Shown here piece after piece: positions 16,548 through 26,212 of a stretch of DNA of 45,963 nucleotides. Every line of letters starts with the position of its first letter. Positions within the stretch are counted from its first letter, which is position 1. The notes beneath the pieces are model-generated. The model had not been told where the DNA came from and did no database searches. It saw nothing but the letters and a program-made list of their open reading frames with translations. Source of the DNA: Armatimonadota bacterium (GTDB lineage: Bacteria > Armatimonadota > Fimbriimonadia > Fimbriimonadales > GBS-DC); contig JBBIQJ010000002.1 of NCBI GenBank assembly GCA_037442385.1, forward strand, positions 1 to 45,963. Reading direction: 5' to 3'. A program made the translations under genes and the position numbers.

Positions 16548-17334
16548 CGGTTTCGCCTCCATTTTCCAGTTCGTTTTTTTCTATGCCCTGAGGGCTGGGC
16601 TTATATTTTACCCGAATCAGATACAGCCCCTGTGGGGGCGCCATCTGTGTGAAGGGGCGTTTGGGAGGATTATCTATCATGTCTCTGAGAAACGAGATGG
16701 GACGCTCGCCACGTCCCACCAGAGTCAGCGCGCCCACAATCAGGCGCACCATGCCGCGCAGAAACGCACTCCCCTCCAGCACGATTCGGGTGCCGTCGCG
16801 TGTCGGCTCCACCGCAGTACGATAAAGGGTACGAACGGTGTTCACATCAGGCGGGGTTTTTACCGAGAAAGGACGAAAGTCGTGGACGCCCTCGATCTGT
16901 TTGAGCGCTTCCGCCATCTGCTCGCGGTCTAAGGGATAGGGATAATGCCATGCGTAGCGGATGCGCCACACCGAAGGGTGTTCGCGCTGATAGAGCAGGT
17001 AGTGATACTCGCGGCTGTAAGCGGAATAGCGGGCGTGAAAGTCGGGCGCGGCGGTGCGAACATTGCGCACTTTGAGATCGTCGGGGAGTCTGCGGTTGAG
17101 TGCGCGATGGAGGGCGTTCAGGGGCACGGGGCGCGTGGTGTGAAAATTCACGACCTGCCCCCGTGCATGCACGCCGGCGTCGGTACGGCTGGCGCCCACC
17201 ACCTGAATCGGTTCGTTAAGGAGCGACTGCAGGCAGGATTCCAGCACGCCCTGCACGGTACGCATCCCGTGCTGACGGGCGAACCCATGAAACAGTGTGC
17301 CGTCGTACTCCACCAGCAGTCGCACATTGCGCAT
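16513..17334 (-). CDS. truA: tRNA pseudouridine(38-40) synthase TruA
   Basis: It shows MRNVRLLVEYDGTLFHGFARQ and the catalytic ASRTDAGVHA motif. The 3' end overlaps the rplM start by 35 nt. Confidence 0.92.
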   Translation of the reverse strand: MRNVRLLVEYDGTLFHGFARQHGMRTVQGVLESCLQSLLNEPIQVVGASRTDAGVHARGQVVNFHTTRPVPLNALHRALNRRLPDDLKVRNVRTAAPDFHARYSAYSREYHYLLYQREHPSVWRIRYAWHYPYPLDREQMAEALKQIEGVHDFRPFSVKTPPDVNTVRTLYRTAVEPTRDGTRIVLEGSAFLRGMVRLIVGALTLVGRGERPISFLRDMIDNPPKRPFTQMAPPQGLYLIRVKYKPSPQGIEKNELENGGETDDATHLHRQAE

Positions 17335-17337
17335 GCC

Positions 17338-17691
17338 CTACTCTACGAGTTCCAGCACCGCGGTTTCCACGGCGTCGCCACGGCGTCTGCCCACCCGCAC
17401 AATTCGGGTGTAGCCCCCCTGGCGCTCCCGATAGCGCGGCGCGATGTTGTCGAACAGGTGTTTGACCAGGCTTTCGTCGTTCAGAAACGCCCGCGCCTGA
17501 CGCCGCGCATGCAGAGTGTTCTGCTTGGCTAAGGTAATCATCTGCTCTGCGAGCCGGCGCGCCTCTTTCGCGCGGGGAACGGTGGTCTCGATGCGCTCAT
17601 GTATGAGTAGAGAGCGCACGAGGTTGCGGAGCATCGAAAGCCGATGGTCACTGGGGCGTCCTAACTTGCGGTATCCTGCTCCGTGGTTCAT
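17338..17691 (-). CDS. rplQ: 50S ribosomal protein L17
   Basis: [37 protein letters not shown]. Confidence 0.95.
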   Translation of the reverse strand: MNHGAGYRKLGRPSDHRLSMLRNLVRSLLIHERIETTVPRAKEARRLAEQMITLAKQNTLHARRQARAFLNDESLVKHLFDNIAPRYRERQGGYTRIVRVGRRRGDAVETAVLELVE

Positions 17692-18662
17692 GACTGGCTT
17701 CGCCTCCTTGACGATTTTTGCAAACTCAGCCCCATCGAGGCGAGTTTTTCCTCCACCTCTCTGAGGGCGTTTTCCCCGAAATTGCGGATGCTACGAAGTT
17801 CCTGTTCGGTTTTACCTAGCAATCGATAGAGCGTGGTGATGCGTGCGCTCCGAAGAGCGTTCAGCACGCGCGTGGAGAAGCCCATCTCTTCCAGCGGGCG
17901 GTCGGGGACATTCAGCGGGACGCCAGGAGGCGGTTCGGGCGTTTCGAAGGCGCCCAGTTCGTCCTCGCTCCCCAGCGCCATAATGCGGTTGAAGTGATCG
18001 CGCAGGATTTCGGCTGCCTGAGCGACTGCCTCGCGAGGGTGGACGGCGCCGTTGGTCCACACTTCCAGAATGAGCCGGTCAAAATCGGTGCGATCGCCGA
18101 CGAGGGTTGGCTCCACCAGGAAGTTGACCCTGGTGATGGGCGTGTAGAGTGCGTTCGTACGAATCACGCCGATCGCGCCGCGCGTGCGTTCGGGTTTCAC
18201 CGCAGGGACATACCCACACCCACGCTCTACGGTAATCTCCACATTCAGCTGGGCACTGGGGTCGCTGAGCGTCGCCAGATACAGCTCGGGGTTCACAATC
18301 TCCAGATCGGCGGGGCACTCAATATCCACGGCGTGGACAACCCCCGGTCCCTGTCGGTTCAGGCGCAGAGTGTAGTGATCGCGCGGTTGCGCCGTGGTGG
18401 GACGCAACGCGAGGTTTTTGAGGTTCAGCAAAAAGTGGATGGTGTCTTCCTTAACGCCCGGGATCGGTTCGAACTCGCTCAGTACCCCCTCGATGCGGAC
18501 GCTGGTAACAGCGTAGCCAGGGATAGACGAGAGGAGCACGCGGCGCAGGGCATTTCCCAGCGTTGTGCCGTAGCCCCGCTCCAGCGGCTCAATCTCGAAC
18601 TTGCCATACTGATGATCGGCGCGCACCACCCGTACATGGGTTTCAACTGTATCCAGAACCAT
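17688..18662 (-). CDS. rpoA: DNA-directed RNA polymerase subunit alpha
   Basis: It has [28 protein letters not shown] and a C-terminal alpha-CTD ([22 protein letters not shown]). Confidence 0.95.
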   Translation of the reverse strand: MVLDTVETHVRVVRADHQYGKFEIEPLERGYGTTLGNALRRVLLSSIPGYAVTSVRIEGVLSEFEPIPGVKEDTIHFLLNLKNLALRPTTAQPRDHYTLRLNRQGPGVVHAVDIECPADLEIVNPELYLATLSDPSAQLNVEITVERGCGYVPAVKPERTRGAIGVIRTNALYTPITRVNFLVEPTLVGDRTDFDRLILEVWTNGAVHPREAVAQAAEILRDHFNRIMALGSEDELGAFETPEPPPGVPLNVPDRPLEEMGFSTRVLNALRSARITTLYRLLGKTEQELRSIRNFGENALREVEEKLASMGLSLQKSSRRRSQS

Positions 18663-18676
18663 TCCAGCGTGCCTCC

Positions 18677-19315
18677 TTATCGGCTATAGAACTCGATAAT
18701 TTTCTGCAGGTCGACGGGCGTCTGAATGTCGTCCGCCTCTGGGGCGCGCACGACGATTGCCTGCAGGCGGTTCGGGTCGTACTGAAGCCATGTGGGGCGT
18801 TGCCCGTTGGCTTCCGCGGCGCGAGCCAGCGCTTCTTTACCCAGCGTGGTATCGCGCTTCGACTCGTGCATTTCGATAACATCGCCCGGACGCACCTGAT
18901 ACGAGGGGATATTCACACGGCGCCCGTTGACCGTGAAGAACCGGTGCGAGACCATCTGTCGGGCTTGACCGCGCGAGACGGCGAACCCGAGGCGATAAAT
19001 CACATTATCGAGGCGCATCTCGAGCTGGCGCATTAGCACCTCGCCCGTAACCCCGCGGGCGCGTTGCGCGTTTTCGACATAGCGTCGGAACTGCGCCTCC
19101 CGAATCTGATACATCTGGCGCAGCTTCTGCTTTTCGCGGAGCTGCTCGCCGTACTCGCTCATTTTACGGTCGCGCGTGCGGGGCCCGTGCTGACCGGGCG
19201 GATAGTTGCGGCGTTCTAAGGCGCACTTTTTGGTGTAGCAGCGGTCGCCTTTGAGAAACAGTTTCTCGCCCGCGCGTCGGCACAAGCTACATTTCGAATC
19301 CCAGATAACAGACAT
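18677..19315 (-). CDS. rpsD: 30S ribosomal protein S4
   Basis: It shows [28 protein letters not shown] (zinc-ribbon type), [10 protein letters not shown] and an S4 domain. Confidence 0.95.
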   Translation of the reverse strand: MSVIWDSKCSLCRRAGEKLFLKGDRCYTKKCALERRNYPPGQHGPRTRDRKMSEYGEQLREKQKLRQMYQIREAQFRRYVENAQRARGVTGEVLMRQLEMRLDNVIYRLGFAVSRGQARQMVSHRFFTVNGRRVNIPSYQVRPGDVIEMHESKRDTTLGKEALARAAEANGQRPTWLQYDPNRLQAIVVRAPEADDIQTPVDLQKIIEFYSR

Positions 19316-19333
19316 ACTTGCGTTCCTCCTTCG

Positions 19334-19729
19334 TTACACACGCCGTCGTTTGGGCGGTCGGCATCCGTTGTGGGGCACAGGGGTTACATCCTTGATGCTG
19401 AGAATCTCCAGCCCTGCCGCCTGAAGTGAGCGAATCGCGGTCTCGCGTCCAGGACCGGGACCTTTGACTTCCACATCGACTTTGCGCACACCGTGTTCCA
19501 TCGCGGCGCGCGCGGCGCGCTCCGCCGCCAGCTGCGCGGCGAAGGGCGTGCCCTTCTTGGTGCCTTTGAACCCCACGGTGCCACCACTGGACCAGGACAG
19601 CACATTGCCCTGCTGGTCGGTGATGGTAACAATCGTGTTGTTGAAGGTTGCCTGAATATGAGCAACCCCATGCACCACATTTTTGCGTTCTTTTTTGACC
19701 TGTGTTTTGCCCGTTGATTTGCGTGCCAT
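19334..19729 (-). CDS. rpsK: 30S ribosomal protein S11
   Basis: [30 protein letters not shown]...[18 protein letters not shown]. Confidence 0.95.
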   Translation of the reverse strand: MARKSTGKTQVKKERKNVVHGVAHIQATFNNTIVTITDQQGNVLSWSSGGTVGFKGTKKGTPFAAQLAAERAARAAMEHGVRKVDVEVKGPGPGRETAIRSLQAAGLEILSIKDVTPVPHNGCRPPKRRRV

Positions 19730-19741
19730 AGGCGTCTCCCT

Positions 19742-20125
19742 TTACTTCTTGGCTTTGCGGCGTCGCCCGGTGCTGACCGTCTTCTTGGGACCCTTACGGG
19801 TGCGGGCGTTGGTGCGGGTGCGTTGCCCGCGCACGGGCAGTCCGCGGCGGTGGCGCATGCCGCGATAGCAGCCGATTTCGATCAGTCGCCGGATGTTCAT
19901 CTGGATTTCGCGGCGGAGGTCGCCTTCGATGGTATAGTTGTTTTCGATCTCCGCACGCAGGCGGGCGACTTCCTCTTCGGTCAGTTCGCGGACGCGCTTA
20001 TTGGGGTCAATTCCCGTTTTTGCCAGAATTTTGCGTGCCGAACTCAGCCCAATCCCGAAAATCACGGGCAGGGCGTACTCTATTTTCCGATCGCGTGGTA
20101 AATCCACACCTGCAATACGAGCCAT
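19742..20125 (-). CDS. rpsM: 30S ribosomal protein S13
   Basis: [26 protein letters not shown]...[18 protein letters not shown]. Confidence 0.95.
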   Translation of the reverse strand: MARIAGVDLPRDRKIEYALPVIFGIGLSSARKILAKTGIDPNKRVRELTEEEVARLRAEIENNYTIEGDLRREIQMNIRRLIEIGCYRGMRHRRGLPVRGQRTRTNARTRKGPKKTVSTGRRRKAKK

Positions 20126-20136
20126 GCGTTTTCCTC

Positions 20137-20250
20137 CTAACCCTGGCGCTGTTTATGCTTGGGGTTCTCGCAAATGACGCGAACGACCCCCTTGCGCCGG
20201 ATAATCTTGCATTTGGCGCACATTTTCTTCACCGATGCTCGCACTTTCAT
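20137..20250 (-). CDS. rpmJ: 50S ribosomal protein L36 (37 aa; below the ORF-track cutoff)
   Basis: Manual minus-strand translation gives [43 protein letters not shown] lies upstream of the ATG. Confidence 0.92.
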   Translation of the reverse strand: MKVRASVKKMCAKCKIIRRKGVVRVICENPKHKQRQG

Positions 20251-20295
20251 GGTCTTCACCTCGTTCGCGAGCGCATGCGATGCTCGCGGGGGGAT

Positions 20296-20304
20296 ATTAT
20301 ACCC
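20296..20304 (-). promoter_or_regulatory. Internal -10 element GGGTATAAT between infA and rpmJ
   Basis: The plus strand reads attataccc, within a 141-nt spacer and 45 nt upstream of the rpmJ ATG. Confidence 0.4.
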
Positions 20305-20391
20305 TATCACGACATCAATTGCGAATCGCCCCGGCAGGAGACGCCGCCTCTCCGTTGCCGAGCGCCAGAAGAGCCAAGCAGTACCGTATTT

Positions 20392-20619
20392 TCAGGAGCG
20401 ATAACGGTACACGATACGCCCGCGTGTGAGATCGTAAGGCGAAAGTGCCACCTTCACGCGGTCGCCTGGCAGAATGCGAATGAAGTTAATCCGCATTTTA
20501 CCCGACAGATGCGCGAGAACCGTATGCCCGCCTTCAATTTCCACCTTGAAGGTGGTGTTCGGCAGACACTCCACGACGGTGCCTTCCACTTCGATCTCCT
20601 TGCCTTCGGTTTTCGCCAT
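20392..20619 (-). CDS. infA: Translation initiation factor IF-1
   Basis: [64 protein letters not shown]. Confidence 0.95.
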   Translation of the reverse strand: MAKTEGKEIEVEGTVVECLPNTTFKVEIEGGHTVLAHLSGKMRINFIRILPGDRVKVALSPYDLTRGRIVYRYRS

Positions 20620-20641
20620 CGCATCACCTCCAATTAATATT

Positions 20642-21400
20642 TTACTCGATGGTCAAGATTTCTGCACCGTTTTCGGTGACCAGCACGGTATGCTCGAAGT
20701 GGGCGGCGGGTTTGCGGTCGCGCGTGATAATCGCCCAGTGGTCGTCGGCAATTTCCACTTCGGGACTGCCCATCACAATCATCGGTTCAATCGCCAGCAC
20801 CATGCCGGGCTGAAGTTTGACCCCTTTGCCCGGCTGCATGCCCCAGTTGGGGATGTCGGGCATTTCGTGCAGGAATCGTCCTACGCCATGCCCTGCCAGT
20901 CCCTGCGCAGGCTGGAATCCCCCCTGCTTCACATACGATTCGATTGCGTAGCTGATGTCGCCGGTGGTGTTGCCAGGTCGCGCGTGTTCGATGCCCACGC
21001 GGAGCGCCTCTTCGGTGTAGCGCACCAGACGCTTGCGCTGGTAATCGGTGTGTCCCACGATAACGGTGATGGCTGTGTCGCAGCAGAAGCCCTCATAGAA
21101 CACGCCGAGATCGAGCGAGACGATATCGCCCTCACGGATGACGCGCCCATCAGGCAAGCCATGCACAATCTGCTCGTTAATCGAGACGCACAGCACGCCG
21201 GGGTACAGGCGATACCCCTTAAACGCAGGAAAGCCGCCCATCTCCAGCACCAGCCGTTCCGCCAGCGCGTTCAGTTCGCCTGCGGTCGTGCGGTTTGGCT
21301 CAATCGCTTCCTTGCACGCCCGTAGCACGCGCGCGGCAATTCGCCCCGCTTTGCGGATGCGCTCCACTTCAAATGGGGTTTTCAAGCGAATCTGACTCAT
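20642..21400 (-). CDS. map: Type I methionine aminopeptidase
   Basis: It shows [24 protein letters not shown] and [20 protein letters not shown] chose the start at MSQIRLK. Confidence 0.92.
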   Translation of the reverse strand: MSQIRLKTPFEVERIRKAGRIAARVLRACKEAIEPNRTTAGELNALAERLVLEMGGFPAFKGYRLYPGVLCVSINEQIVHGLPDGRVIREGDIVSLDLGVFYEGFCCDTAITVIVGHTDYQRKRLVRYTEEALRVGIEHARPGNTTGDISYAIESYVKQGGFQPAQGLAGHGVGRFLHEMPDIPNWGMQPGKGVKLQPGMVLAIEPMIVMGSPEVEIADDHWAIITRDRKPAAHFEHTVLVTENGAEILTIE

Positions 21401-21419
21401 CGTCGTTACGTCCTGCATA

Positions 21420-21451
21420 AGGATACCCGAAATGCCCGAATAGGGTATCCT
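21420..21451. promoter_or_regulatory. Symmetric divergent promoter region: AGGATACCC-N14-GGGTATCCT
   Basis: This perfect 9-bp inverted repeat places GGGTATCCT 19 nt upstream of the map ATG (minus strand) and 8 nt upstream of the rph ATG (plus strand). Confidence 0.4.
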
Positions 21452-21459
21452 ATACGCCG

Positions 21460-22194
21460 ATGACGAACCGAAGGATCGATGGAAGAGCGCCCAACGAAAT
21501 CCGCCCGATTCAGATTGAGTGTGGGTTCCACCCTTATGCGGAAGGCTCGTGCCTGATCAAAATGGGCAACACGCATGTGGTGATTACGGCGACGGTGGAA
21601 GACAAAGTGCCGCCGTTCCTGAAAGGCACAGGGCAGGGGTGGATTACGGCGGAGTATAGCATGATCCCCCGTGCGGGCAAACAGCGCAGTGCGCGTGAGG
21701 TCACGCGCGGCGCACCCACCGGGCGCACGATGGAAATCCAGCGCTTGATTGGACGCGCCATCCGCGCGGTGGTGGACCTGTCCCAGCTCGGAGAGCGCAC
21801 CATCACGCTGGACTGCGATGTGATTCAAGCCGATGGCGGCACGCGCACTGCCTGCGTTACGGGCGGCTTTGTGGCGTTCGTGGACGCATGCCGCTGGATG
21901 ATCGAGCAGGGCTATATGAGCCGCATGCCGTTTCAGGAGCGCGTGGCGGCGGTGAGCGTCGGCGTCGTGCGCAATATGGAACTGCTGGACCTGTGCTACG
22001 AGGAAGATGTGCAGGCGTCAGTGGACATGAATGTGGTGATGACTCATCAGGGGCGGTATGTGGAGGTGCAGGGCACCGCGGAGGGGGCGCCCTTCTCGCG
22101 GGAGCGCCTGCTCCGCTTGCTGGATCTAGCCCAGGTGGGTTTGAACGAGATTTTCAAAGTTCAGGAACAGGTGTTAGCGCCGCTTTTGCGATGA
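21460..22194 (+). CDS. rph: Ribonuclease PH
   Basis: It shows RIDGRAPNEIRPIQIE, GSCLIKMGNTHV, TAEYSMIPRAG and DCDVIQADGGTRTA. Confidence 0.93.
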   Translation: MTNRRIDGRAPNEIRPIQIECGFHPYAEGSCLIKMGNTHVVITATVEDKVPPFLKGTGQGWITAEYSMIPRAGKQRSAREVTRGAPTGRTMEIQRLIGRAIRAVVDLSQLGERTITLDCDVIQADGGTRTACVTGGFVAFVDACRWMIEQGYMSRMPFQERVAAVSVGVVRNMELLDLCYEEDVQASVDMNVVMTHQGRYVEVQGTAEGAPFSRERLLRLLDLAQVGLNEIFKVQEQVLAPLLR

Positions 22195-22946
22195 AACCGA
22201 TTGAACGCATTGTCTCGCTGGCGCCCTCCATGACCGAGATACTCTATGCGCTCGGCCTGGGCGAGCGTGTGGTAGGTGTTACGGCGCTGTGCAACTATCC
22301 CCCAGAGGCGCGCCAGAAGCCCAAAGTAGGCGACGCGAACATCAGTCCTGAAAAGGTGGTCGCGTTGAAACCTGACCTCGTGGTGGCACACGCGGTGCTG
22401 AACGCGCGGGTTATCCCGACCTTGCGGCGGCTCGGGCTGCGCGTGATGAGCGCGAACCCGAACACCTTTGAGAAGCTGTTCGACTTTATGCTCACGCTGG
22501 GGCGCACTTGCGGGGTGGAACCGCAGGCGCGTCAGGTGGTCAGTCGGCTGCGGGCGCGCGTGACTCGGGTGGCGGCGAGCGCCCGAAAGCATCGCAAGCG
22601 TCCGCGCGTGCTGTTTGCGATTTCTCTGGAGCCGCTCTGGGCGTCGGGGCGCGAGACCTTCGCCGACACGCTGATTCGGCTGGCAGGCGGCGAGAACGCG
22701 CTGGGCAGGGCATTTGCGGGGTTTCGCGCGGTGAGCCTGGAAACGGCGCTTGCCAGCCAACCCGAAGTGGTGATTTTAACCAGCGAAGGCAAAGCCAGCC
22801 TGCTGAAAGACTCTCGCTGGAGACGCACGCCCGCTGTGCAGAAGCAGCAGGTGTATGAGGTGAACCCCGATATCTTCTTGCGCGAATCGCCCCGATTGGT
22901 GGACGCGCTGGAGCAGTTGGCGCAAATCCTCGCGCGCGCCCGATAA
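22191..22946 (+). CDS. BtuF/FecB-like (cluster A, helical-backbone) substrate-binding protein without recognisable signal peptide
   Basis: MKPIERIVSLAPSMTEILYALGLGERVVGVT..CNYPPEA...KPDLVVA is the BtuF-type pattern. The ATG overlaps the rph stop (ATGA). The ORF-track extension to 21888 lies inside rph. Confidence 0.75.
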   Translation: MKPIERIVSLAPSMTEILYALGLGERVVGVTALCNYPPEARQKPKVGDANISPEKVVALKPDLVVAHAVLNARVIPTLRRLGLRVMSANPNTFEKLFDFMLTLGRTCGVEPQARQVVSRLRARVTRVAASARKHRKRPRVLFAISLEPLWASGRETFADTLIRLAGGENALGRAFAGFRAVSLETALASQPEVVILTSEGKASLLKDSRWRRTPAVQKQQVYEVNPDIFLRESPRLVDALEQLAQILARAR

Positions 22947-22990
22947 AGCAAAAGCCCCCCTTCCGTTAGAAGGGAGGCAAACCGTGCGAA

Positions 22991-23066
22991 TGGCTCCCGG
23001 GGCAGGACTCGAACCTGCAACCTAGTGGTTAACAGCCACCCGCTCTGCCGATTGAGCTACCCGGGA
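22991..23066 (-). tRNA. tRNA-Asn (anticodon GTT), CCA encoded
   Basis: The manual cloverleaf is TCCCGGG-TA-GCTC..GAGC-G-GGTGG-CTGTTAA-CCACT-AGGTT-GCAGG-TTCGAGT-CCTGC-CCCGGGA-G-CCA. Confidence 0.9.
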
Positions 23067-23078
23067 GCGTGCGCAGAA

Positions 23079-23108
23079 ATTATACCACATCGTCTCGCGA
23101 GTTGTCAA
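23079..23108 (-). promoter_or_regulatory. Consensus sigma-70 promoter for tRNA-Asn (TTGACA-N18-TATAAT, TGG extended -10)
   Basis: The minus strand reads TTGACAactcgcgagacgatgtggTATAAT. The -10 ends 12 nt before the mature tRNA 5' end. Confidence 0.7.
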
Positions 23109-23118
23109 GGGTTTGAGC

Positions 23119-24879
23119 CTATTCCTCCAGCGCCTCGCCAGCGCCGCGCGGGACGCGAATCGCATCCACCAGATGCTGGATGGCTTCGGGCGGAGGCGGC
23201 GTGAGGCGCGAAACAATCAGCGCCGTCGCCATATTCAACACCATGCCCACAATGCCAATTCCCTCGGCGCTGATCCCGAAAAAGTCTTTCAGGAGCGGCT
23301 GGGATGTGCCGAACAACTGGGGCGAGCGCATCAGCGCAATCAGGCAGATGGTGAAGGTCAGCCCCACGAGCATGCCTGCAATCGCGCCCTGCTTGTTCAT
23401 CCGTCGGTCAAAAATCCCCAGCAGGATAGGCGGGAACAGCCCTGCCGCTGCCAGCCCGAAAGCGAACGCGACCACCTGCGCCACAAACCCGGGCGGGTTA
23501 ATTCCCAGATACGCCGCCGCGCCCAGCGCGGGAATCATCGCGAGGCGCCCCACCAGCAGGCGGAGCCGTTCGGGGGCGCGTGGGTTCCAGATGCGGTAAT
23601 ACAGGTCGTGTGCGACGGCGCTCGCCATCGCGATTAGCAAGCCTGAAGCGGTGGAAAGCGCCGCCGCCAGCCCTCCCGCCGCCACCAGCGCAATCACGAA
23701 CCCTGCCAAACGTGCCACCTCCGGCGTGGACAGCACAATAATATCGTTGTCCACAAACACCTCGTTGGGGTTGCTCATGTCGGGTTTGTCAAAGTTCGGC
23801 TTGCCCCCCTCCATCATGAAGGCGTTGCCCTTCGCGACGGTGATGCGCCCGTCGCCGTTTTTGTCCACAAACGCCAGCAGGCGGGTCTTCTCCCACTTGG
23901 CAACCCACTCGATTTGGCGTACTTCGTTCAGGGATTTGCCGTGCAGGGTGCTTATCAGGTTGTAGCGTGCGAACATGGCGACGGCGGGCGCGGTGGTGTA
24001 AAGAAGCGCAATAAAAAGCAGCGCCCAGAACGCCGAGTAGCGCGCGGAACGCACATCAGGCGTGGTATAGAAGCGAATAATCACATGGGGCAGCCCCGCC
24101 GTGCCCACCATCAGCGCGGCAGTTACCGCCAGCACATCCAGCATCGGCTTACTCTGGAACGGCTGGGTGTATTCCGCAAAGCCCAACTCGGTCTGAATCT
24201 GGTTAAGTCGTTCCGGCAAATCGCTCACGACCAGTGCCAGCTGGGGGATGGGCATGCCCGTAAGTATGAAGGCAATCGCAAACGCTGGAATGAGGTAGGC
24301 GAGAATCAGCAGGGCGTACTGCACCGCCTGAGTCCATGTAACGCCCTTCATCCCGCCCAGCACGGCGAAGAAGGCGACCACCAGCACGCCCACTAACACC
24401 CCGAGCGCGATATCCACTTGCAGGAATCGGCTGAACACGATTCCCACGCCGCGCATCTGCCCTGCCACATAGACGAGCGAGATGAACAGCGTCGCCAGCG
24501 CCGCCAGCGCTCGCGCGGTATTCGAAGCGTAGCGGTCGCCAATAAAATCGGGCACAGTGAATCGGCGGTACTTGCGCAGGTAGGGCGCCAGCAGCAACGC
24601 GAGCAGCACATAGCCGCCTGTCCAGCCCATCAGATAGATGGCGCCGTCGTAGCCCATCGCGGAAATCAGCCCTGCCATCGAAATGAAGCTCGCGGCGCTC
24701 ATCCAGTCGGCAGCGGTCGCGGCGCCGTTGGCAACAGGTGGGACGCCACGCCCCGCGACATAGAACCCCTTCGTATCGCGCACGCGACTCGCGTAGCCGA
24801 TATACAGATAGAGCGCAAAACTCAACCCAACCAGCAAATAAGTCCAGAGCTCCGTACTCATCCCTGAGCCCTCACTCAT
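23119..24879 (-). CDS. actP: Sodium:solute symporter family, cation/acetate symporter ActP-like
   Basis: It shows FYVAGRGVPPVANGAATAADWMSAASFISMAGL and many TM segments. The ATG at 24879 overlaps the stop of the DUF4212 gene (ATGAGTGA); ATG 24861 is an alternative start. Confidence 0.85.
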   Translation of the reverse strand: MSEGSGMSTELWTYLLVGLSFALYLYIGYASRVRDTKGFYVAGRGVPPVANGAATAADWMSAASFISMAGLISAMGYDGAIYLMGWTGGYVLLALLLAPYLRKYRRFTVPDFIGDRYASNTARALAALATLFISLVYVAGQMRGVGIVFSRFLQVDIALGVLVGVLVVAFFAVLGGMKGVTWTQAVQYALLILAYLIPAFAIAFILTGMPIPQLALVVSDLPERLNQIQTELGFAEYTQPFQSKPMLDVLAVTAALMVGTAGLPHVIIRFYTTPDVRSARYSAFWALLFIALLYTTAPAVAMFARYNLISTLHGKSLNEVRQIEWVAKWEKTRLLAFVDKNGDGRITVAKGNAFMMEGGKPNFDKPDMSNPNEVFVDNDIIVLSTPEVARLAGFVIALVAAGGLAAALSTASGLLIAMASAVAHDLYYRIWNPRAPERLRLLVGRLAMIPALGAAAYLGINPPGFVAQVVAFAFGLAAAGLFPPILLGIFDRRMNKQGAIAGMLVGLTFTICLIALMRSPQLFGTSQPLLKDFFGISAEGIGIVGMVLNMATALIVSRLTPPPPEAIQHLVDAIRVPRGAGEALEE

Positions 24880-25129
24880 GCACATCGTATTCGCGGTCCA
24901 GCCGATCCATGCGCCAGGCATATAGCCAGATGAGCAACACGAACACATAGATACTGCCCTGCTGGGCAATCCAGAAGCTGAGCGGGAGCGTTCCGACACG
25001 AACCTGACTCAGTGGTTCCGCCAGCAGAATGCCCAGCCCATACGACACCAGTGCCCACACCAGCAACAGCGTCCGAATCAGACGCAGATTCGCACGCCAG
25101 TACGCTCGAACAGGGTTTTGGGGGTTCAT
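24872..25129 (-). CDS. DUF4212 small membrane subunit associated with ActP-type symporters (YjcH-like)
   Basis: This 85-aa, two-TM protein (YWRANLRLIRTLLLVWALVSYG...) lies directly upstream of, and overlapping, actP. Confidence 0.8.
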   Translation of the reverse strand: MNPQNPVRAYWRANLRLIRTLLLVWALVSYGLGILLAEPLSQVRVGTLPLSFWIAQQGSIYVFVLLIWLYAWRMDRLDREYDVHE

Positions 25130-25180
25130 GAAAGCGCAATTTCACCATTAGTGCGGCACTTTCCTGCCTTCATAACAGCA

Positions 25181-25209
25181 AAGCCCCATGCGCAACCCGC
25201 ATGGGGCTT
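25181..25209 (-). terminator. Rho-independent terminator after pseudopilin gene 1
   Basis: The stem is AAGCCCCATGCG / CGCATGGGGCTT (12 bp) with a 5-nt loop. The minus strand continues TGCTGTTATG. Confidence 0.65.
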
Positions 25210-25234
25210 GTTTGCCGCCAAAGAGGGCGAATGC

Positions 25235-26056
25235 TTACTGGCAGCTGAAGTCTTCCGAGTCGGTGATGTTGGTGCCCGGCACGCCGTGCAGGTCGTTGTA
25301 GGGCAGCTGGGGTGTGGACTGCACTGTTTCCAGCCCAGCGTCAGTATTGACCAACGGGATGTCGGTGCGCCAGCTGTAGTAGCGCGGTCGGGGTGAACCC
25401 GCCGGCGTGGTGAACTGTTGCGCGATGGTGTTGACCGCCGCGTAGCGCGTCCACTTGGCGTGCCCATCGGCGAAGTTAATCACCACACCCTCACTGTGCC
25501 GTGCGAAGCCCAGGAACAGGCTGAACGGCAGAGTGGAGGTCAGTGTTTTGACATAGCCGTCGAAGAACATAACCGTCTCGACGGGCGCTTCCATCGCTGC
25601 CATTTTGGTGACGGGCGTGTAGCGGTTGAGAGCAGTGCCACAGAAGTTCTCGCCGAACAGCCCGAGGTTGGGCGCATAGCCCGTGTAGCGGAAGGTGCCA
25701 CCGTAATTCAGCCCAATTGCCTGAAGCCGTGCCTGCCAGTCAATGCCGGGGCGATAGCTGGGACATGTGAAGATGTCTGCGTTCTTGATGTAGGGCGCCA
25801 GCACATCGTACACCGTAATCAGTGCAGGCTGGTTCTGCTGATTGCGCCCCAGATAGGCGCTCATCGGCATCGTCTCATCATAGTCGGAAACATATTGCAA
25901 CACTGCCAGAGCAATTTGCTTCTGGTTGTTCGTGCAGCTGGTCTGGCGCGCTTTCTCGCGTGCCTGCGCAAACACAGGGAACAGAATTGCCGCCAGGATT
26001 GCGATAATCGCAATCACGACCAGCAGCTCGATCAGTGTAAAGCCCTTGCGATTCAT
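25235..26056 (-). CDS. Prepilin-type N-terminal cleavage/methylation domain protein, DUF1559 / H-X9-DG family (pseudopilin-like) 1
   Basis: It has [41 protein letters not shown] and a C-terminal FADGHAKW motif. GGAGG precedes the ATG. Confidence 0.9.
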   Translation of the reverse strand: MNRKGFTLIELLVVIAIIAILAAILFPVFAQAREKARQTSCTNNQKQIALAVLQYVSDYDETMPMSAYLGRNQQNQPALITVYDVLAPYIKNADIFTCPSYRPGIDWQARLQAIGLNYGGTFRYTGYAPNLGLFGENFCGTALNRYTPVTKMAAMEAPVETVMFFDGYVKTLTSTLPFSLFLGFARHSEGVVINFADGHAKWTRYAAVNTIAQQFTTPAGSPRPRYYSWRTDIPLVNTDAGLETVQSTPQLPYNDLHGVPGTNITDSEDFSCQ

Positions 26057-26095
26057 ACCGTTTATCGTACCTCCTTAGAGTCTGTCGTCTCCCAT

Positions 26096-26134
26096 ACAAA
26101 AACGGCAGGGTTCCCACTGAAGGGAACCCGCCGT
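26096..26134 (-). terminator. Terminator-like hairpin + T-run located between a -10 element and the pseudopilin-1 RBS
   Basis: The minus strand reads ACGGCGGGTTCCC-TTCAGT-GGGAACCCTGCCGT-TTTTTG. A GGGGTATAAT lies upstream of it at 26148-26157. Confidence 0.6.
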
Positions 26135-26212
26135 CATGGGTTTTGCTATTATACCCCATGAGACGGGATATCAAGTGGCTTGTCTCGCGGAATCGATGAA
26201 AAAACCCGTAAT

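Noticed and set aside
20474-21325. Long antisense ORFs opposite well-supported genes: 20474-21325(+), 26180-27181(+), 27769-28641(+), 28774-29652(-), 11018-11794(-), 37608-38312(-), 5543-6136(-), 7592-8230(-) and 34431-35132(-).
   Set aside because: These are typical shadow ORFs of high-GC DNA. The translations are Arg/Ala/Gly/His-rich with no recognisable motifs, while the opposite strand in each case encodes a protein with clear family signatures.
22947-22990. A possible terminator between the BtuF-like gene and the tRNA 3' end (CCCTTC-N5-GAAGGG).
   Set aside because: The stem is only 6 bp with no T-run, which is too weak to call.
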